This document shows, piece by piece, positions 28,727 to 37,725 of a stretch of DNA of 64,000 nucleotides. The position numbers and the translations under genes were made by a program. The notes beneath the pieces are model-generated. The model was not told the DNA's origin and did not search any database. It worked only from the letters and a program-made list of their open reading frames with translations. The stretch is from Escherichia phage MN04: sequence record MT129654.1; one strand, written 5' to 3'. The first letter of the stretch is position 1. Every line of letters begins with the position of its first letter.

Positions 28727-28729
28727 ATA
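28722..28729 (+). promoter_or_regulatory. late promoter consensus TATAAATA
   Basis: Exact TATAAATA about 14 nt before the SD of the 28743 small ORF. Confidence 0.4.
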
Positions 28730-28742
28730 AGGCCAGGAGCCT

Positions 28743-28904
28743 ATGAAATCTTTTAAAGAAGTTATGAACGAAGATATGGTCGCAGGCGATGCTGGTGGAA
28801 ATCCATCTAATATTGCCTCCGGAACTACCTCAGGCGCAGTCGTCAACAAAGGGCCTGAACAAATCCCATCTAAAAAGCGTAAAGAAAAATCCGAAAACGA
28901 ATGA
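28743..28904 (+). CDS. small Gly/Lys-rich protein (53 aa) behind a late-promoter consensus
   Basis: TATAAATA at 28722-28729, then GGAG and ATG 28743. Not in the ORF track (<60 aa). Confidence 0.35.
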   Translation: MKSFKEVMNEDMVAGDAGGNPSNIASGTTSGAVVNKGPEQIPSKKRKEKSENE

Positions 28905-28942
28905 TATAATGGCTCTATTAATTTAGAGCCCAAGGAAAAATA

Positions 28943-29971
28943 ATGTCATATGTCGATAGAGAATTTGCTGTACGTGCCTTGAATTACCAACCTAAATTCA
29001 GACAAGTAACTGGTAGTGATTTTAAATTAAATTGTCGTTGCCGTGTATGTGGTGACTCCCAAAAAGATGAAAACAAAGCTCGATTCTGGGCCTATCCGGC
29101 CAATGACGGCTCTGTAATGCTACACTGTTTTAACTGTGATTATTCGGCAGGAATTAAGAAGTACCTATACGAATATGAGCCTGATTTATATCGCGAATAT
29201 ATTCTTGAGAAACATAAAGAGCAATCGTTCGGGAGACAAGCTGCACCTAAGGTGGAGATATCTGAAAAAATTAAAGCTAAGATGCCTGTCATTGAAAAGC
29301 TTAATTTCTGTGAACGATTAGATAGAATGCCGAAAGACCATCCTATTATTAAGTATGTAACTCTGCGGTGCATTCCTGAAAATAAATGGAATCGGTTATG
29401 GTTTACTAAAGAATGGCCTGCATTGGTGAATTCTGTTAATCCAGGGACCTATTCCAAAGAAATGCCTGAACCACGTTTGGTTATTCCAATTTTCAATAAG
29501 AATAAGCAAATTGAAAGTTTTCAGGGCCGAGCCTTACGTAAAGATGCTCCACAAAAATATATTACAATAAAAGCTCATGACCAAGCTACAAAAATATATG
29601 GAATGGATACAGTTGACGAACGTCAATTGGTGTGGGTAATGGAAGGTCCTATTGATTCATTATTCGTACCTAATGCAATAGCAATTACTGGTGGGTCGTT
29701 GGACTTGGCTATGGTTCCGTGTAAAGAAACTCGTGCCTGGGTAATGGACAATGAACCCCGTCATCCTGACACAATTAAGCGTATGCAACGATTAGTTGAT
29801 GCCGGCGAAAGGGTCCTATTCTGGGACAAGGCTCCATGGCCTTCTAAAGATATAAATGATATGGTTATGAAAGATAAAGCTGATATAAATGATATATTGA
29901 CGTATATGAAAGCTAATATAGCCCAAGGGTTAATGGCAAAAATGAGGCTTTCAAAATATTCTAAAATTTAG
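28943..29971 (+). CDS. 61: DNA primase gp61
   Basis: 342 aa; zinc ribbon CRCRVCGDS...CFNC and VMEGPIDSLF Toprim; matches recalled T4 gp61. Confidence 0.9.
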   Translation: MSYVDREFAVRALNYQPKFRQVTGSDFKLNCRCRVCGDSQKDENKARFWAYPANDGSVMLHCFNCDYSAGIKKYLYEYEPDLYREYILEKHKEQSFGRQAAPKVEISEKIKAKMPVIEKLNFCERLDRMPKDHPIIKYVTLRCIPENKWNRLWFTKEWPALVNSVNPGTYSKEMPEPRLVIPIFNKNKQIESFQGRALRKDAPQKYITIKAHDQATKIYGMDTVDERQLVWVMEGPIDSLFVPNAIAITGGSLDLAMVPCKETRAWVMDNEPRHPDTIKRMQRLVDAGERVLFWDKAPWPSKDINDMVMKDKADINDILTYMKANIAQGLMAKMRLSKYSKI

Positions 29972-30168
29972 ACAGGAACTCCGCTAAAGAATCCAATTAT
30001 GCTTAATACGTGTTCCATTGTAACCGCTGGTAAAATTACCCCTTGGCTAGCGGCTACAGGAACTACTAAAAGATTCCAAAGGAATACGTCTAGCGCAAGA
30101 AAACCTAACATCATTTTCTTGTCTTTCTTTTCAGCCAATTTCCAGATTTGGTAAAAAATACTACCCAT
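29968..30168 (-). CDS. small hydrophobic protein on the opposite strand (66 aa)
   Basis: Strong SD (AGGAGG, 6 nt before ATG) on the - strand between 61 and 56; hydrophobic C-terminal half. Confidence 0.45.
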   Translation of the reverse strand: MGSIFYQIWKLAEKKDKKMMLGFLALDVFLWNLLVVPVAASQGVILPAVTMEHVLSIIGFFSGVPV

Positions 30169-30262
30169 GTTATCCTCCTGTTAAATTAATATTTATTCGC
30201 TTTAATCTAGCAGTTTATAATTATCTAACTTACTAACAAATGAATTGATAAGGAAAAATATA

Positions 30263-30784
30263 ATGGCTCATTTTAATGAATGTTCTCAACTGATTGCCGG
30301 TGCCGATAAAGCTGAAGAAGCTTATTTTAATGCTCTGATTCACGAAGATAAAGACCCTCTGCAGGTTATGCTTGATATGCAGAAATCTTTGCAGGTTCGT
30401 TTAGCTAAAGATAAGCCTGAATATAATCGTCATCCTGATGATTTGGCCACTGCGGGTGAAGTTGTCGATTGGCTTCGCAACCAGAAAGATTATATTGATG
30501 ACGAATTCCGTGAACTTCTGACTTCTCTTGGTGGTATGAGTAATGGTGAAAAAGATGCATCTGCAGTATGGAAGCCTTGGAAAGCTCAACATGCTGAACG
30601 TCGTGAAACCCTGATTAACGATTTGTCTCCTGAAGACCAGCTCGAAATTAAATTCGAAATGATTGATATTCTGCACTTTGTTCTGAATATGTTCCAGGGT
30701 CTTGGACTGACCGCTGAAGAAATCTTTAAACTGTATTACCTTAAAAATGCCGAGAACTTTGCTCGTCAAGACCGAGGTTATTAA
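30263..30784 (+). CDS. 56: dCTPase/dUTPase gp56 (MazG-like)
   Basis: 173 aa from ATG 30263; at the T4 gene 56 locus; function from recalled homology. Confidence 0.75.
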   Translation: MAHFNECSQLIAGADKAEEAYFNALIHEDKDPLQVMLDMQKSLQVRLAKDKPEYNRHPDDLATAGEVVDWLRNQKDYIDDEFRELLTSLGGMSNGEKDASAVWKPWKAQHAERRETLINDLSPEDQLEIKFEMIDILHFVLNMFQGLGLTAEEIFKLYYLKNAENFARQDRGY

Positions 30785-30786
30785 GT

Positions 30787-30794
30787 TATAAATA
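30787..30794 (+). promoter_or_regulatory. late promoter (TATAAATA) for soc
   Basis: Exact TATAAATA about 20 nt before the soc SD; soc is a late capsid gene in T4. Confidence 0.6.
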
Positions 30795-30825
30795 CACCTG
30801 TAATTAAACAACAAAGGAGTTAATT

Positions 30826-31059
30826 ATGGGTGGTTTCGTTAATATCAAAACCTTTACGCATCCAGCTGGTGAAGGTAAAGAAGTTAAAGGTACTGAGGTT
30901 TCAGTCCCGTTTGAAATCTATTCAAATGAGCATCGTATTGCCAATGCTCATTATCAGACTTTCCCTTCGGCCGTTGCAGCCTATACTACTGTAGTGACTG
31001 ATGCAGCCGATTGGCGAACTAAGAACGCGGCGATGTTTACGCCAACTGATATTGTTTAA
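30826..31059 (+). CDS. soc: small outer capsid protein Soc
   Basis: 77 aa; FVNIKTF...AHYQTFPS matches recalled T4 Soc; exact late promoter TATAAATA 30787-30794 upstream. Confidence 0.8.
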   Translation: MGGFVNIKTFTHPAGEGKEVKGTEVSVPFEIYSNEHRIANAHYQTFPSAVAAYTTVVTDAADWRTKNAAMFTPTDIV

Positions 31060-31064
31060 TTATA

Positions 31065-31088
31065 AGGAACCTTCGGGTTCCTTTTTTC
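31065..31088 (+). terminator. intrinsic terminator after soc
   Basis: AGGAACCTTCGGGTTCCT hairpin plus T6. Confidence 0.7.
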
Positions 31089-31097
31089 GTTTTAGTA

Positions 31098-31127
31098 GTT
31101 TACTTTACGAGTAGGCCATGTTAAGAT
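31098..31127 (+). promoter_or_regulatory. early promoter, PeSL-like (weaker -10)
   Basis: GTTTAC, 18 nt, TAAGAT. Confidence 0.4.
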
Positions 31128-31153
31128 AGATGTATCTTATAGAGGAGAACACT

Positions 31154-31363
31154 ATGTTAAATCGTTGGATTAAACCAAATAAAACTTTGGATGAAATTAT
31201 CGCTAATCACGTATTGAAAAAGTACTTCTATACTCCTTGGTATACCGAAGTTATTGTCCATTCATTTATGATGCATGAAGACGGTTCTATCGAATTTAAT
31301 GCCGAAATCCGTCACGAGACTGATGATATTGATAAGGTTGAATTTAAACGAGGTTTCCTATGA
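31154..31363 (+). CDS. hypothetical protein (69 aa)
   Basis: AGAGGAGAA SD before ATG 31154, downstream of a PeSL-like promoter. Confidence 0.4.
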   Translation: MLNRWIKPNKTLDEIIANHVLKKYFYTPWYTEVIVHSFMMHEDGSIEFNAEIRHETDDIDKVEFKRGFL

Positions 31364-31677
31364 TTCGTTGGCTTAAGAATTTTTTCAAGACCACTCCTGG
31401 TGAAGGTGTAGTTCCTATCTCAGGTCCGAAGGAATATGTTTATGTAGGCGATGGTATGATGGAAGAAGTTACCCGTCAACCTGAAAAGGCGGGTAATGTG
31501 GATGCCAAGGCTATTCCTTTGAATTCTAAAAAGTTTAAAGAACATCTAGAAGCTAGTCGAACAAGCCATATTGATACCACTCCTATTATGGTTGCGGCTG
31601 CCGTTAGTTCTTGGACCGGCGATTCGTCTTATTCTGACTCAGGAAGCTGTGACTCATCGTCCGGCTCGTGTGATTAA
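31360..31677 (+). CDS. hypothetical protein (105 aa)
   Basis: ORF, overlapping start; Ser/Cys-rich C-terminus. Confidence 0.45.
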   Translation: MIRWLKNFFKTTPGEGVVPISGPKEYVYVGDGMMEEVTRQPEKAGNVDAKAIPLNSKKFKEHLEASRTSHIDTTPIMVAAAVSSWTGDSSYSDSGSCDSSSGSCD

Positions 31678-31877
31678 TGAAACCTTTATCATGGCTTAAA
31701 GATTGGCTAGACCGTCCTGGTGATTATCTTGATGACGGTTGGTTAGACCAAGCTAATGCAGAAATGAAACGTGAATCCGAGGAATGGATTCTTAAAGGCA
31801 TCCGTGACGAACGCGAAAAGAAATTAGAACGCGAGGCCCTTAGGATTATGCGTGATATCTATGGGGATAAATCATGA
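31677..31877 (+). CDS. hypothetical protein (66 aa)
   Basis: ORF, gene packing. Confidence 0.4.
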   Translation: MKPLSWLKDWLDRPGDYLDDGWLDQANAEMKRESEEWILKGIRDEREKKLEREALRIMRDIYGDKS

Positions 31878-32027
31878 CTATTGAAGAAGCTGAAGCACGT
31901 ACTAAAGAGGCAATGGATTTGCTTCTTAAAATTGGTAGTAAAATGATGGAAGAAAACGAGAAATACATCCAGGAAAATAAAATTCCGGATGGTCCTTTAG
32001 TAGGTAAACTAAAAAGAGGAAAACATA

Positions 32028-32519
32028 ATGAAAGTCTATGAACTCGAATTCCATGTACGTGATTCATCAGGCCAAACGCATCCTTATGATGCTACGGCGT
32101 GTCTTATCTTTGTCGACAATGGTATGAATTCTATAACCCAGTTAGAAACACGATTAAAAGATATTAAGCTGCCAGAAAATATTCTGATGAAGGCTTACCA
32201 TAACAAAAATGTTGATGTCGCTGAGGGATGCCCTTTTAGTGTGGCTCAAGCCTTGCATATCAAAGGCTATCGTTACCCGGCGGACCCGTATGCCGAAGGA
32301 ACAATGGATATTTTCTATAAAGATAGAGATAGAATGGCTACTGAACGTCTTAAAGGTCGTACTTATCTGATTTCTACCGTCGAAGACCTGACGGAGGTAG
32401 AATGTCAGATTTGGAAACACTTTGATATTGGTTTGCGTTTTACCCCGACCGAAGAAGCTATTCGTGATGCTAAGTTACGAGCTCGTATGTATGGTTATGG
32501 TCCTATCGGTGGTTACTAA
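32028..32519 (+). CDS. hypothetical protein (163 aa); Mrh-like by position only
   Basis: ORF between soc and the mod genes. Confidence 0.4.
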   Translation: MKVYELEFHVRDSSGQTHPYDATACLIFVDNGMNSITQLETRLKDIKLPENILMKAYHNKNVDVAEGCPFSVAQALHIKGYRYPADPYAEGTMDIFYKDRDRMATERLKGRTYLISTVEDLTEVECQIWKHFDIGLRFTPTEEAIRDAKLRARMYGYGPIGGY

Positions 32520-32707
32520 TGGACTTATTTGATATGTTTGTCATTCCGGACCCTGAGCCTGAAACAACTCAGGAGCCGCCTGTTGACCTTGTCAACGAAC
32601 TTGATATGATTATACAGAAGCACGGTTTTAAGTTGCCTAAAGATGCCCTGGCTGACCTTGCTTCTTACTATCAAGACCCTCCACCATGGGCACCTTGGGT
32701 AAAATAA
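32519..32707 (+). CDS. hypothetical acidic protein (62 aa)
   Basis: ORF, overlapping start. Confidence 0.35.
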   Translation: MDLFDMFVIPDPEPETTQEPPVDLVNELDMIIQKHGFKLPKDALADLASYYQDPPPWAPWVK

Positions 32708-32940
32708 TGAATTGGCTAACTAATATACCTACATCGGCATTAGATATCGACCGTAAACAAGCCCGTAAGGAAATCGAGCAAAAAAATATTCAGGCAAAAG
32801 CTCCTAAGATTACGGCCAAGGCGCCGGAAATAAAAAGCTCTTATGAAACAAAAAGCTCTTATACTTCATATACCCAATCCCTAACAGGCCAAGCCGCTGA
32901 CATTGCGGTGTTTGGCGTCCCACTCGGTGTGTTTAAGTAG
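32707..32940 (+). CDS. hypothetical protein (77 aa)
   Basis: ATG overlapping the upstream stop. Confidence 0.4.
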   Translation: MNWLTNIPTSALDIDRKQARKEIEQKNIQAKAPKITAKAPEIKSSYETKSSYTSYTQSLTGQAADIAVFGVPLGVFK

Positions 32941-32997
32941 TTTACACCTCCTCCCTTCATGTTATAATGACCTCTAAATCACTGGAGGTCATATGAA
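32940..32997 (+). promoter_or_regulatory. early promoter plus SD-sequestering stem-loop before modB
   Basis: GTTTACA...TATAAT, then ATGACCTC / GAGGTCAT inverted repeat enclosing GGAGG and the ATG. Confidence 0.5.
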
Positions 32998-33562
32998 CAT
33001 CGAACAAAAATGTCTTTATCAAGACCGAATCAATTCCAAATTTTCAAAATCTGAACAAGCGTTGTTAGAGAAATGTCTGGATGCCAAAAAAGACCCTAAC
33101 TTCCATTACGACCTAGACAAACTGGTTCGTAAGCATGTCACTTCAGTGGTTCCGGTAGAGCTTTATCGTGGGATTACCACCAGAGAACTTGGGCAATTAG
33201 AGCTCCTTTCAGTAGGATGTCAATGGTCTCCTGGCCGGGTTACTTCTTTTAGTACACAATACTCTCAGGCTTGCCAGTTCGCAGGGTCATGGGAATATGG
33301 AACCAAAACCATTTTAAGTCTCAGGAATGCACCCTTCATTTTTGACTACTACAATCATGCTATCGACCTTGTTCTTGCAGGGAGTGCGGACGAACTTGAA
33401 ATAGATGAAACCCGTATTGACCTCTATGATATGGTCGAAACCGAATGTGAGTTCATGGTCTCTAGCCTATCACGATTTGAGATTGTTGAAATCGAAACTA
33501 TCAAAAGAGACCCATACGACATCGAGTACAAAATAATTCATTTAAAAATGTTGGATTTTTAG
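32993..33562 (+). CDS. modB: ADP-ribosyltransferase ModB-like
   Basis: R-S-E-type hints (LYRGIT, S-x-S, acidic E-x-E region); paralogous to the next gene; soc-dda locus as in T4. Confidence 0.5.
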   Translation: MNIEQKCLYQDRINSKFSKSEQALLEKCLDAKKDPNFHYDLDKLVRKHVTSVVPVELYRGITTRELGQLELLSVGCQWSPGRVTSFSTQYSQACQFAGSWEYGTKTILSLRNAPFIFDYYNHAIDLVLAGSADELEIDETRIDLYDMVETECEFMVSSLSRFEIVEIETIKRDPYDIEYKIIHLKMLDF

Positions 33563-33591
33563 TTTACAGGCAAGGAAGCTTGTGGTACTAT
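33562..33591 (+). promoter_or_regulatory. early promoter, PeSL-like
   Basis: GTTTAC, 18 nt, TACTAT. Confidence 0.5.
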
Positions 33592-33616
33592 CTTTCTATC
33601 AACTGAGGAGAATAAT

Positions 33617-34231
33617 ATGTTATATCCAAGCCATAAATTAGCAGAATTTATCAACAATGCCAAATGCGACGATTTCCGTGAGAATACCCAGATAGAAATT
33701 GATGAGGTGTATTCTGATTTAGAACAGAGCACGCTCTGGCAGTGTATGGAAAATAAACCTGATTCTATCCAGGAAACTCTGAACAAAATTATTCGTAAGA
33801 ACCTGACTTCTGTAGTGCCTGATAAGCTCTATCGCGGTATATCTAAAAAGACCCTGAAGTATCTAGAGTCCACAATGTGTGTGGGTGCGGTAATTGAATT
33901 CGACCGCGTGATGAGCTTCTCTAAAGACTTCAACGTAGCAAGGAATTTCGCATCTTATAACTTCTACGGCACATTTAATATCTTTTGTATTAATGATGCG
34001 CCATTTGTGTACAATTATCAGGAAGAAATCTTTAAAATGTTATGTGCTGCGCCCCCTGAAGAGTTCCCAGGCGCATTTCCTGAATCTACACGTGTAGCAA
34101 ACTTACAATTAATTAATGATGAAGATGAGATGATGTTCCCTGCGGGAACTACGCTGCGCGTAGACTCTATTGAGAGAAATCCTAAATGGAATAATTACAC
34201 CATTTGGAATCTTTCCGTTCTTTCTTACTGA
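33617..34231 (+). CDS. modA: ADP-ribosyltransferase ModA-like
   Basis: LTSVVPDKLYRGIS block shared with the upstream paralogue (HVTSVVPVELYRGIT); position matches T4 modA. Confidence 0.5.
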   Translation: MLYPSHKLAEFINNAKCDDFRENTQIEIDEVYSDLEQSTLWQCMENKPDSIQETLNKIIRKNLTSVVPDKLYRGISKKTLKYLESTMCVGAVIEFDRVMSFSKDFNVARNFASYNFYGTFNIFCINDAPFVYNYQEEIFKMLCAAPPEEFPGAFPESTRVANLQLINDEDEMMFPAGTTLRVDSIERNPKWNNYTIWNLSVLSY

Positions 34232-34300
34232 ACCACCCGGTTTAATTGAAAGGCAAAGTCCTTGATTCATTATACTGTTGAAAATTTAAAGCAAAAAAGT

Positions 34301-34329
34301 GTTTACTTTATTAAGCAACATGATACTAT
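34301..34329 (+). promoter_or_regulatory. early promoter, PeSL-like
   Basis: GTTTAC, 17 nt, TACTAT, then AGACCTATCAACT. Confidence 0.55.
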
Positions 34330-34368
34330 AGACCTATCAACTAATCGTCCGTAAGATGAGAAAATATC

Positions 34369-35118
34369 ATGCCTACTATTAAAACTAACGATGAATTTGA
34401 GTTAAAGGTTTACAACCGCCGCAAACACACCAAAGCTTCTGCTTATAAACGCGGTAAGGACTTCAATCTGTCCAGTAAGTATGTTCGTAGACTTCTCGAA
34501 CAAAAAGTGTGCGCTTATTCAGGCGAGTACTTTGATGAAAATTCAGTTAATGATAAGATTTCATTTGAACGTTTTAACAACGATATCGGTTATATTGAGG
34601 GTAATGTAATCCCAGTTAAAGTTAAGTATAACAGCTTACGTGCCGATTTGTCCCTTGATGAACTGAAACGTGCTCAGACTCGTTTAGCAGTTCGTATTTC
34701 AGGTAGTTCTAAAATGCCTAATAGTTTTAAAGTTACTCCTGATAACTATTATAAAATCCGTAAAATCGTTAAAAATATAAAAGATACCCAAAGAGGTCTT
34801 AAAAAACGTGAAAAACGTCTTAAAGACCTTATTAAATCGGGAGCTACTGATAAGACTCCTTCTGTTATCGCGGTTAAGGCCCGTATCCATGGTTCTAACG
34901 CTTCAATAGGTACTATGGAAAAAGGTCTTAAATCTTTAATTGGTGGGCCTGATTGGCGTGTTAAGTTTAAATTGTCTGAAGCAGAAACGCGTTACGATAT
35001 GTATGATAAAATTATTCAAGGTCTGGAGCGTTTAGAACACCTTTCTTTTATTGACAAATTGAAGTTGAAAAAAGGTCTTCCGCTGAATGCTTCAATTTTT
35101 TCACTGATTAGAGGTTAA
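34369..35118 (+). CDS. hypothetical protein (249 aa); Srd-like by size and position only
   Basis: ORF between modA and dda where T4 has srd; basic, coiled-coil-like C-terminal half. Confidence 0.4.
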   Translation: MPTIKTNDEFELKVYNRRKHTKASAYKRGKDFNLSSKYVRRLLEQKVCAYSGEYFDENSVNDKISFERFNNDIGYIEGNVIPVKVKYNSLRADLSLDELKRAQTRLAVRISGSSKMPNSFKVTPDNYYKIRKIVKNIKDTQRGLKKREKRLKDLIKSGATDKTPSVIAVKARIHGSNASIGTMEKGLKSLIGGPDWRVKFKLSEAETRYDMYDKIIQGLERLEHLSFIDKLKLKKGLPLNASIFSLIRG

Positions 35119-35119
35119 C

Positions 35120-35419
35120 GTGATGTACTATGCATACGTATTAGTTCACAAGGACAAAGATGGGTATGAAATTCCATTAGAAGATGCCGGTGAAGTGACT
35201 TTGTATTCGACAAAGATTGGAGCCGACACTGCTTTAGAGGCTTATGAAATCTCAACAAAAAGATATCTTCGGCTTGGACGCCTTGAAACAGTGTGCACGC
35301 CAAGAAAGTGGTGGTTTGATAAGTGGGAAACTAAAACGGTTTTTCCTACCAAAGAACGGGCCCGAGAATTAAAATTGATTTTAGACACTTTATATGTTAA
35401 GCGAGTAAAATTGGCATGA
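35120..35419 (+). CDS. hypothetical protein (99 aa)
   Basis: ORF immediately upstream of dda. Confidence 0.45.
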   Translation: MMYYAYVLVHKDKDGYEIPLEDAGEVTLYSTKIGADTALEAYEISTKRYLRLGRLETVCTPRKWWFDKWETKTVFPTKERARELKLILDTLYVKRVKLA

Positions 35420-36747
35420 TTACATTTGAAGACTTGAATATTGGGCAACGGACGGCCTTTAAAGAAATCATTGAAGCTATTAAACGACGTAAGGGCGAAT
35501 GGATTACATTGAATGGTCCTGCTGGTACAGGTAAAACGACCCTTACTAAATTTATCCTTGACCACTTAGTCAAGAATGGCGAACTCGGAGTTATTTTGAC
35601 CGCACCTACACACGCGGCCAAGAAGGTATTGTCGAAACTCGCAGGCCAAGAAGCATCGACAATCCACCGAATCTTAAAGATTAACCCGACTACATACGAA
35701 GACCAGGATATTTTTGAACAACGTGAAGCTCCTGACTTGAGCAAATGTAATGTTCTTGTGGTCGACGAAGGCTCAATGATTGACGGTAAGTTGTTTAAGA
35801 TTATCGAAGCTTCAGTTCCGCCATGGTGCACTGTACTGGGGATTGGCGACCGAGCTCAGTTACAACCTGTAGAACCAGGAAGTGATGGAAGTCCTCAGTT
35901 GTCTCCATTCTTTACCCATCCTAAAATTAAACAGCTACACCTTACTGAAGTAATGCGTAGTAATGCTCCTATCATTGAGGTTGCTACTGAAATCCGTAAT
36001 GGTGGATGGTTCCGAGATTGTATATTCGAAGGTCACGGTGTCCATGGTTTTAAATCTCAAACGGCTTTAAAAGATTTTATGATGAATTATTTTTCCATCG
36101 TAAAAGATGCTGATGCCTTGTTTGAGAACAGGATGTTTGCTTATACAAATAAATCAGTTGAAAAACTGAATAGCATTATTCGTAAAAAGCTTTATGAAAC
36201 CGATACGCCTTATATCAAGGGCGAAATCCTCGTGATGCAAGAGCCTTTTATTAAGGAACTTGAATACGACGGTAAGAAATTCTCTGAAACCATTTTTAAT
36301 AACGGCCAGATGGTTCGTATTTTAGATGTGAACCACACCTCATTGTTCTTGTCTGCCAAGGATGTAGGCACTCGCCAGATGATTAATTACTGGGACCTCC
36401 AGGTTGAATCTGTTGATGAGGATGACGAGTACTATGTAGAACACTTGAAAGTTATTGATGAGGCTTCAGTTGAGAAGTTCCATTATTTCTTGGCTAAGGT
36501 GGCTACTGAGTACAAGGCTATGCGTGGAACAGGTAAGAAACCTAAGTGGGCTGATTTCTGGAAAGCTAAGAGAATGTTCACTAAGGTTCGAGCTCTTCCG
36601 GTGAGCACTGTCCATAAATCACAGGGTCTTACTGTCCAAAACAGTTTCATCTATACTCCGTGCATGCACATGGCAGATGCCAATTTAGCTTCACAGCTGG
36701 CTTATGTTAGTATTACCCGTGCTCGCACTGATGCCTATTATGTTTGA
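35416..36747 (+). CDS. dda: Dda DNA helicase (SF1B)
   Basis: 443 aa; Walker A GPAGTGKTT and VLVVDEGSM; matches recalled T4 Dda. Confidence 0.9.
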   Translation: MITFEDLNIGQRTAFKEIIEAIKRRKGEWITLNGPAGTGKTTLTKFILDHLVKNGELGVILTAPTHAAKKVLSKLAGQEASTIHRILKINPTTYEDQDIFEQREAPDLSKCNVLVVDEGSMIDGKLFKIIEASVPPWCTVLGIGDRAQLQPVEPGSDGSPQLSPFFTHPKIKQLHLTEVMRSNAPIIEVATEIRNGGWFRDCIFEGHGVHGFKSQTALKDFMMNYFSIVKDADALFENRMFAYTNKSVEKLNSIIRKKLYETDTPYIKGEILVMQEPFIKELEYDGKKFSETIFNNGQMVRILDVNHTSLFLSAKDVGTRQMINYWDLQVESVDEDDEYYVEHLKVIDEASVEKFHYFLAKVATEYKAMRGTGKKPKWADFWKAKRMFTKVRALPVSTVHKSQGLTVQNSFIYTPCMHMADANLASQLAYVSITRARTDAYYV

Positions 36748-36754
36748 GGAAAAT

Positions 36755-36994
36755 ATGATTAAAGTAACTAAAGACCAATTTTATAAGTTGAAATTCGAGA
36801 CGGAATATATTATTAAGGTCAACCCAGACGATACAAATATCCGTGGCAAGGCTCATAAGGTCTTGCATTCACTTAAAGAGATTGAAAGTGATTTTATTGC
36901 AGTGCAAAAACTGATGGACGACAATATCTCTTCGGTTTATATTGAAGACTATACTGTTGGCCAAATCCGAGACCTTATGAGGTACGTTAAATGA
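36755..36994 (+). CDS. hypothetical protein (79 aa)
   Basis: GAGGAAAAT-ATG TIR; ORF between dda and dexA. Confidence 0.4.
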   Translation: MIKVTKDQFYKLKFETEYIIKVNPDDTNIRGKAHKVLHSLKEIESDFIAVQKLMDDNISSVYIEDYTVGQIRDLMRYVK

Positions 36995-37665
36995 AAGATA
37001 TAATTATTGACTTCGAAACCTTTGCCACTACCCAAAATGCAGCAGTTATCGACCTCGCCGTAATTGCTTATGACCCTAATCCAGAGGTAGTAGAATCGTT
37101 TGAAGAGCTTACTCAACGCGGTCTTCGTATTAAATTTGATTTGGCTTCTCAACGCGATAAACGTCTGTTCTCTAAAAGCACATTGCAGTGGTGGAAAGAA
37201 CAAGGACCTGAAGCACGTAAAAACCTGGCTCCGTCCGAAATTGATGTGAGTACTTCTATCGGCATTGGTAATTTCCTGGAATACTGCCGTAAAAACGAAG
37301 TGGACCAATGGAAATCCCAGATGTGGTGCCGCGGAATGTCCTTTGACTTTCCGATCTTAGTCGACCTTATTCGTGATGCTTATCGTTCTGAAGGTGTTCC
37401 TGAGAACGAAATCGATACAACTAAGTTGGAACCGGTTAAATTCTGGAACCAACGTGATATCCGCACGGCCATTGAAGCCTATTCACTGACGCGTGGATTA
37501 AGCATGTGCCCTCTGCCTAACGGAACATTGAATGGCTTTGTAGCCCATGACTCTATCCATGACTGTGCTAAGGATATCTTGATGCTGAAATATGCCCAAC
37601 GATATGCTTTAAACCTGGAAGATGTTCCTGAGAATCCAGACCCATTAAGTGTAAAAAATCGATAA
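36991..37665 (+). CDS. dexA: exonuclease A (DexA)
   Basis: 224 aa; IIIDFETFATTQNAAVIDLAVIAYDPNPEVV and CRGMSFDFPILVDLIRD match recalled T4 DexA. Confidence 0.8.
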   Translation: MKDIIIDFETFATTQNAAVIDLAVIAYDPNPEVVESFEELTQRGLRIKFDLASQRDKRLFSKSTLQWWKEQGPEARKNLAPSEIDVSTSIGIGNFLEYCRKNEVDQWKSQMWCRGMSFDFPILVDLIRDAYRSEGVPENEIDTTKLEPVKFWNQRDIRTAIEAYSLTRGLSMCPLPNGTLNGFVAHDSIHDCAKDILMLKYAQRYALNLEDVPENPDPLSVKNR

Positions 37666-37669
37666 AAGT

Positions 37670-37698
37670 GTTTACTTCTCCTCATGACATGATATTAT
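37670..37698 (+). promoter_or_regulatory. early promoter, PeSL-like with stem-loop
   Basis: GTTTAC, 17 nt, TATTAT; TCCTCATG / CATGAGGA inverted repeat. Confidence 0.5.
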
Positions 37699-37725
37699 CT
37701 ACCCTATCAACATGAGGAGAACAAA

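Noticed and set aside
34369-35118. Possible HNH or endonuclease-VII-like motif (SFERFNNDIGYIEGNV) suggesting a homing endonuclease
   Set aside because: No accompanying His or Cys metal ligands and no second half of an HNH motif; too weak to call. No GIY-YIG or clear HNH homing endonuclease was recognised in the window.
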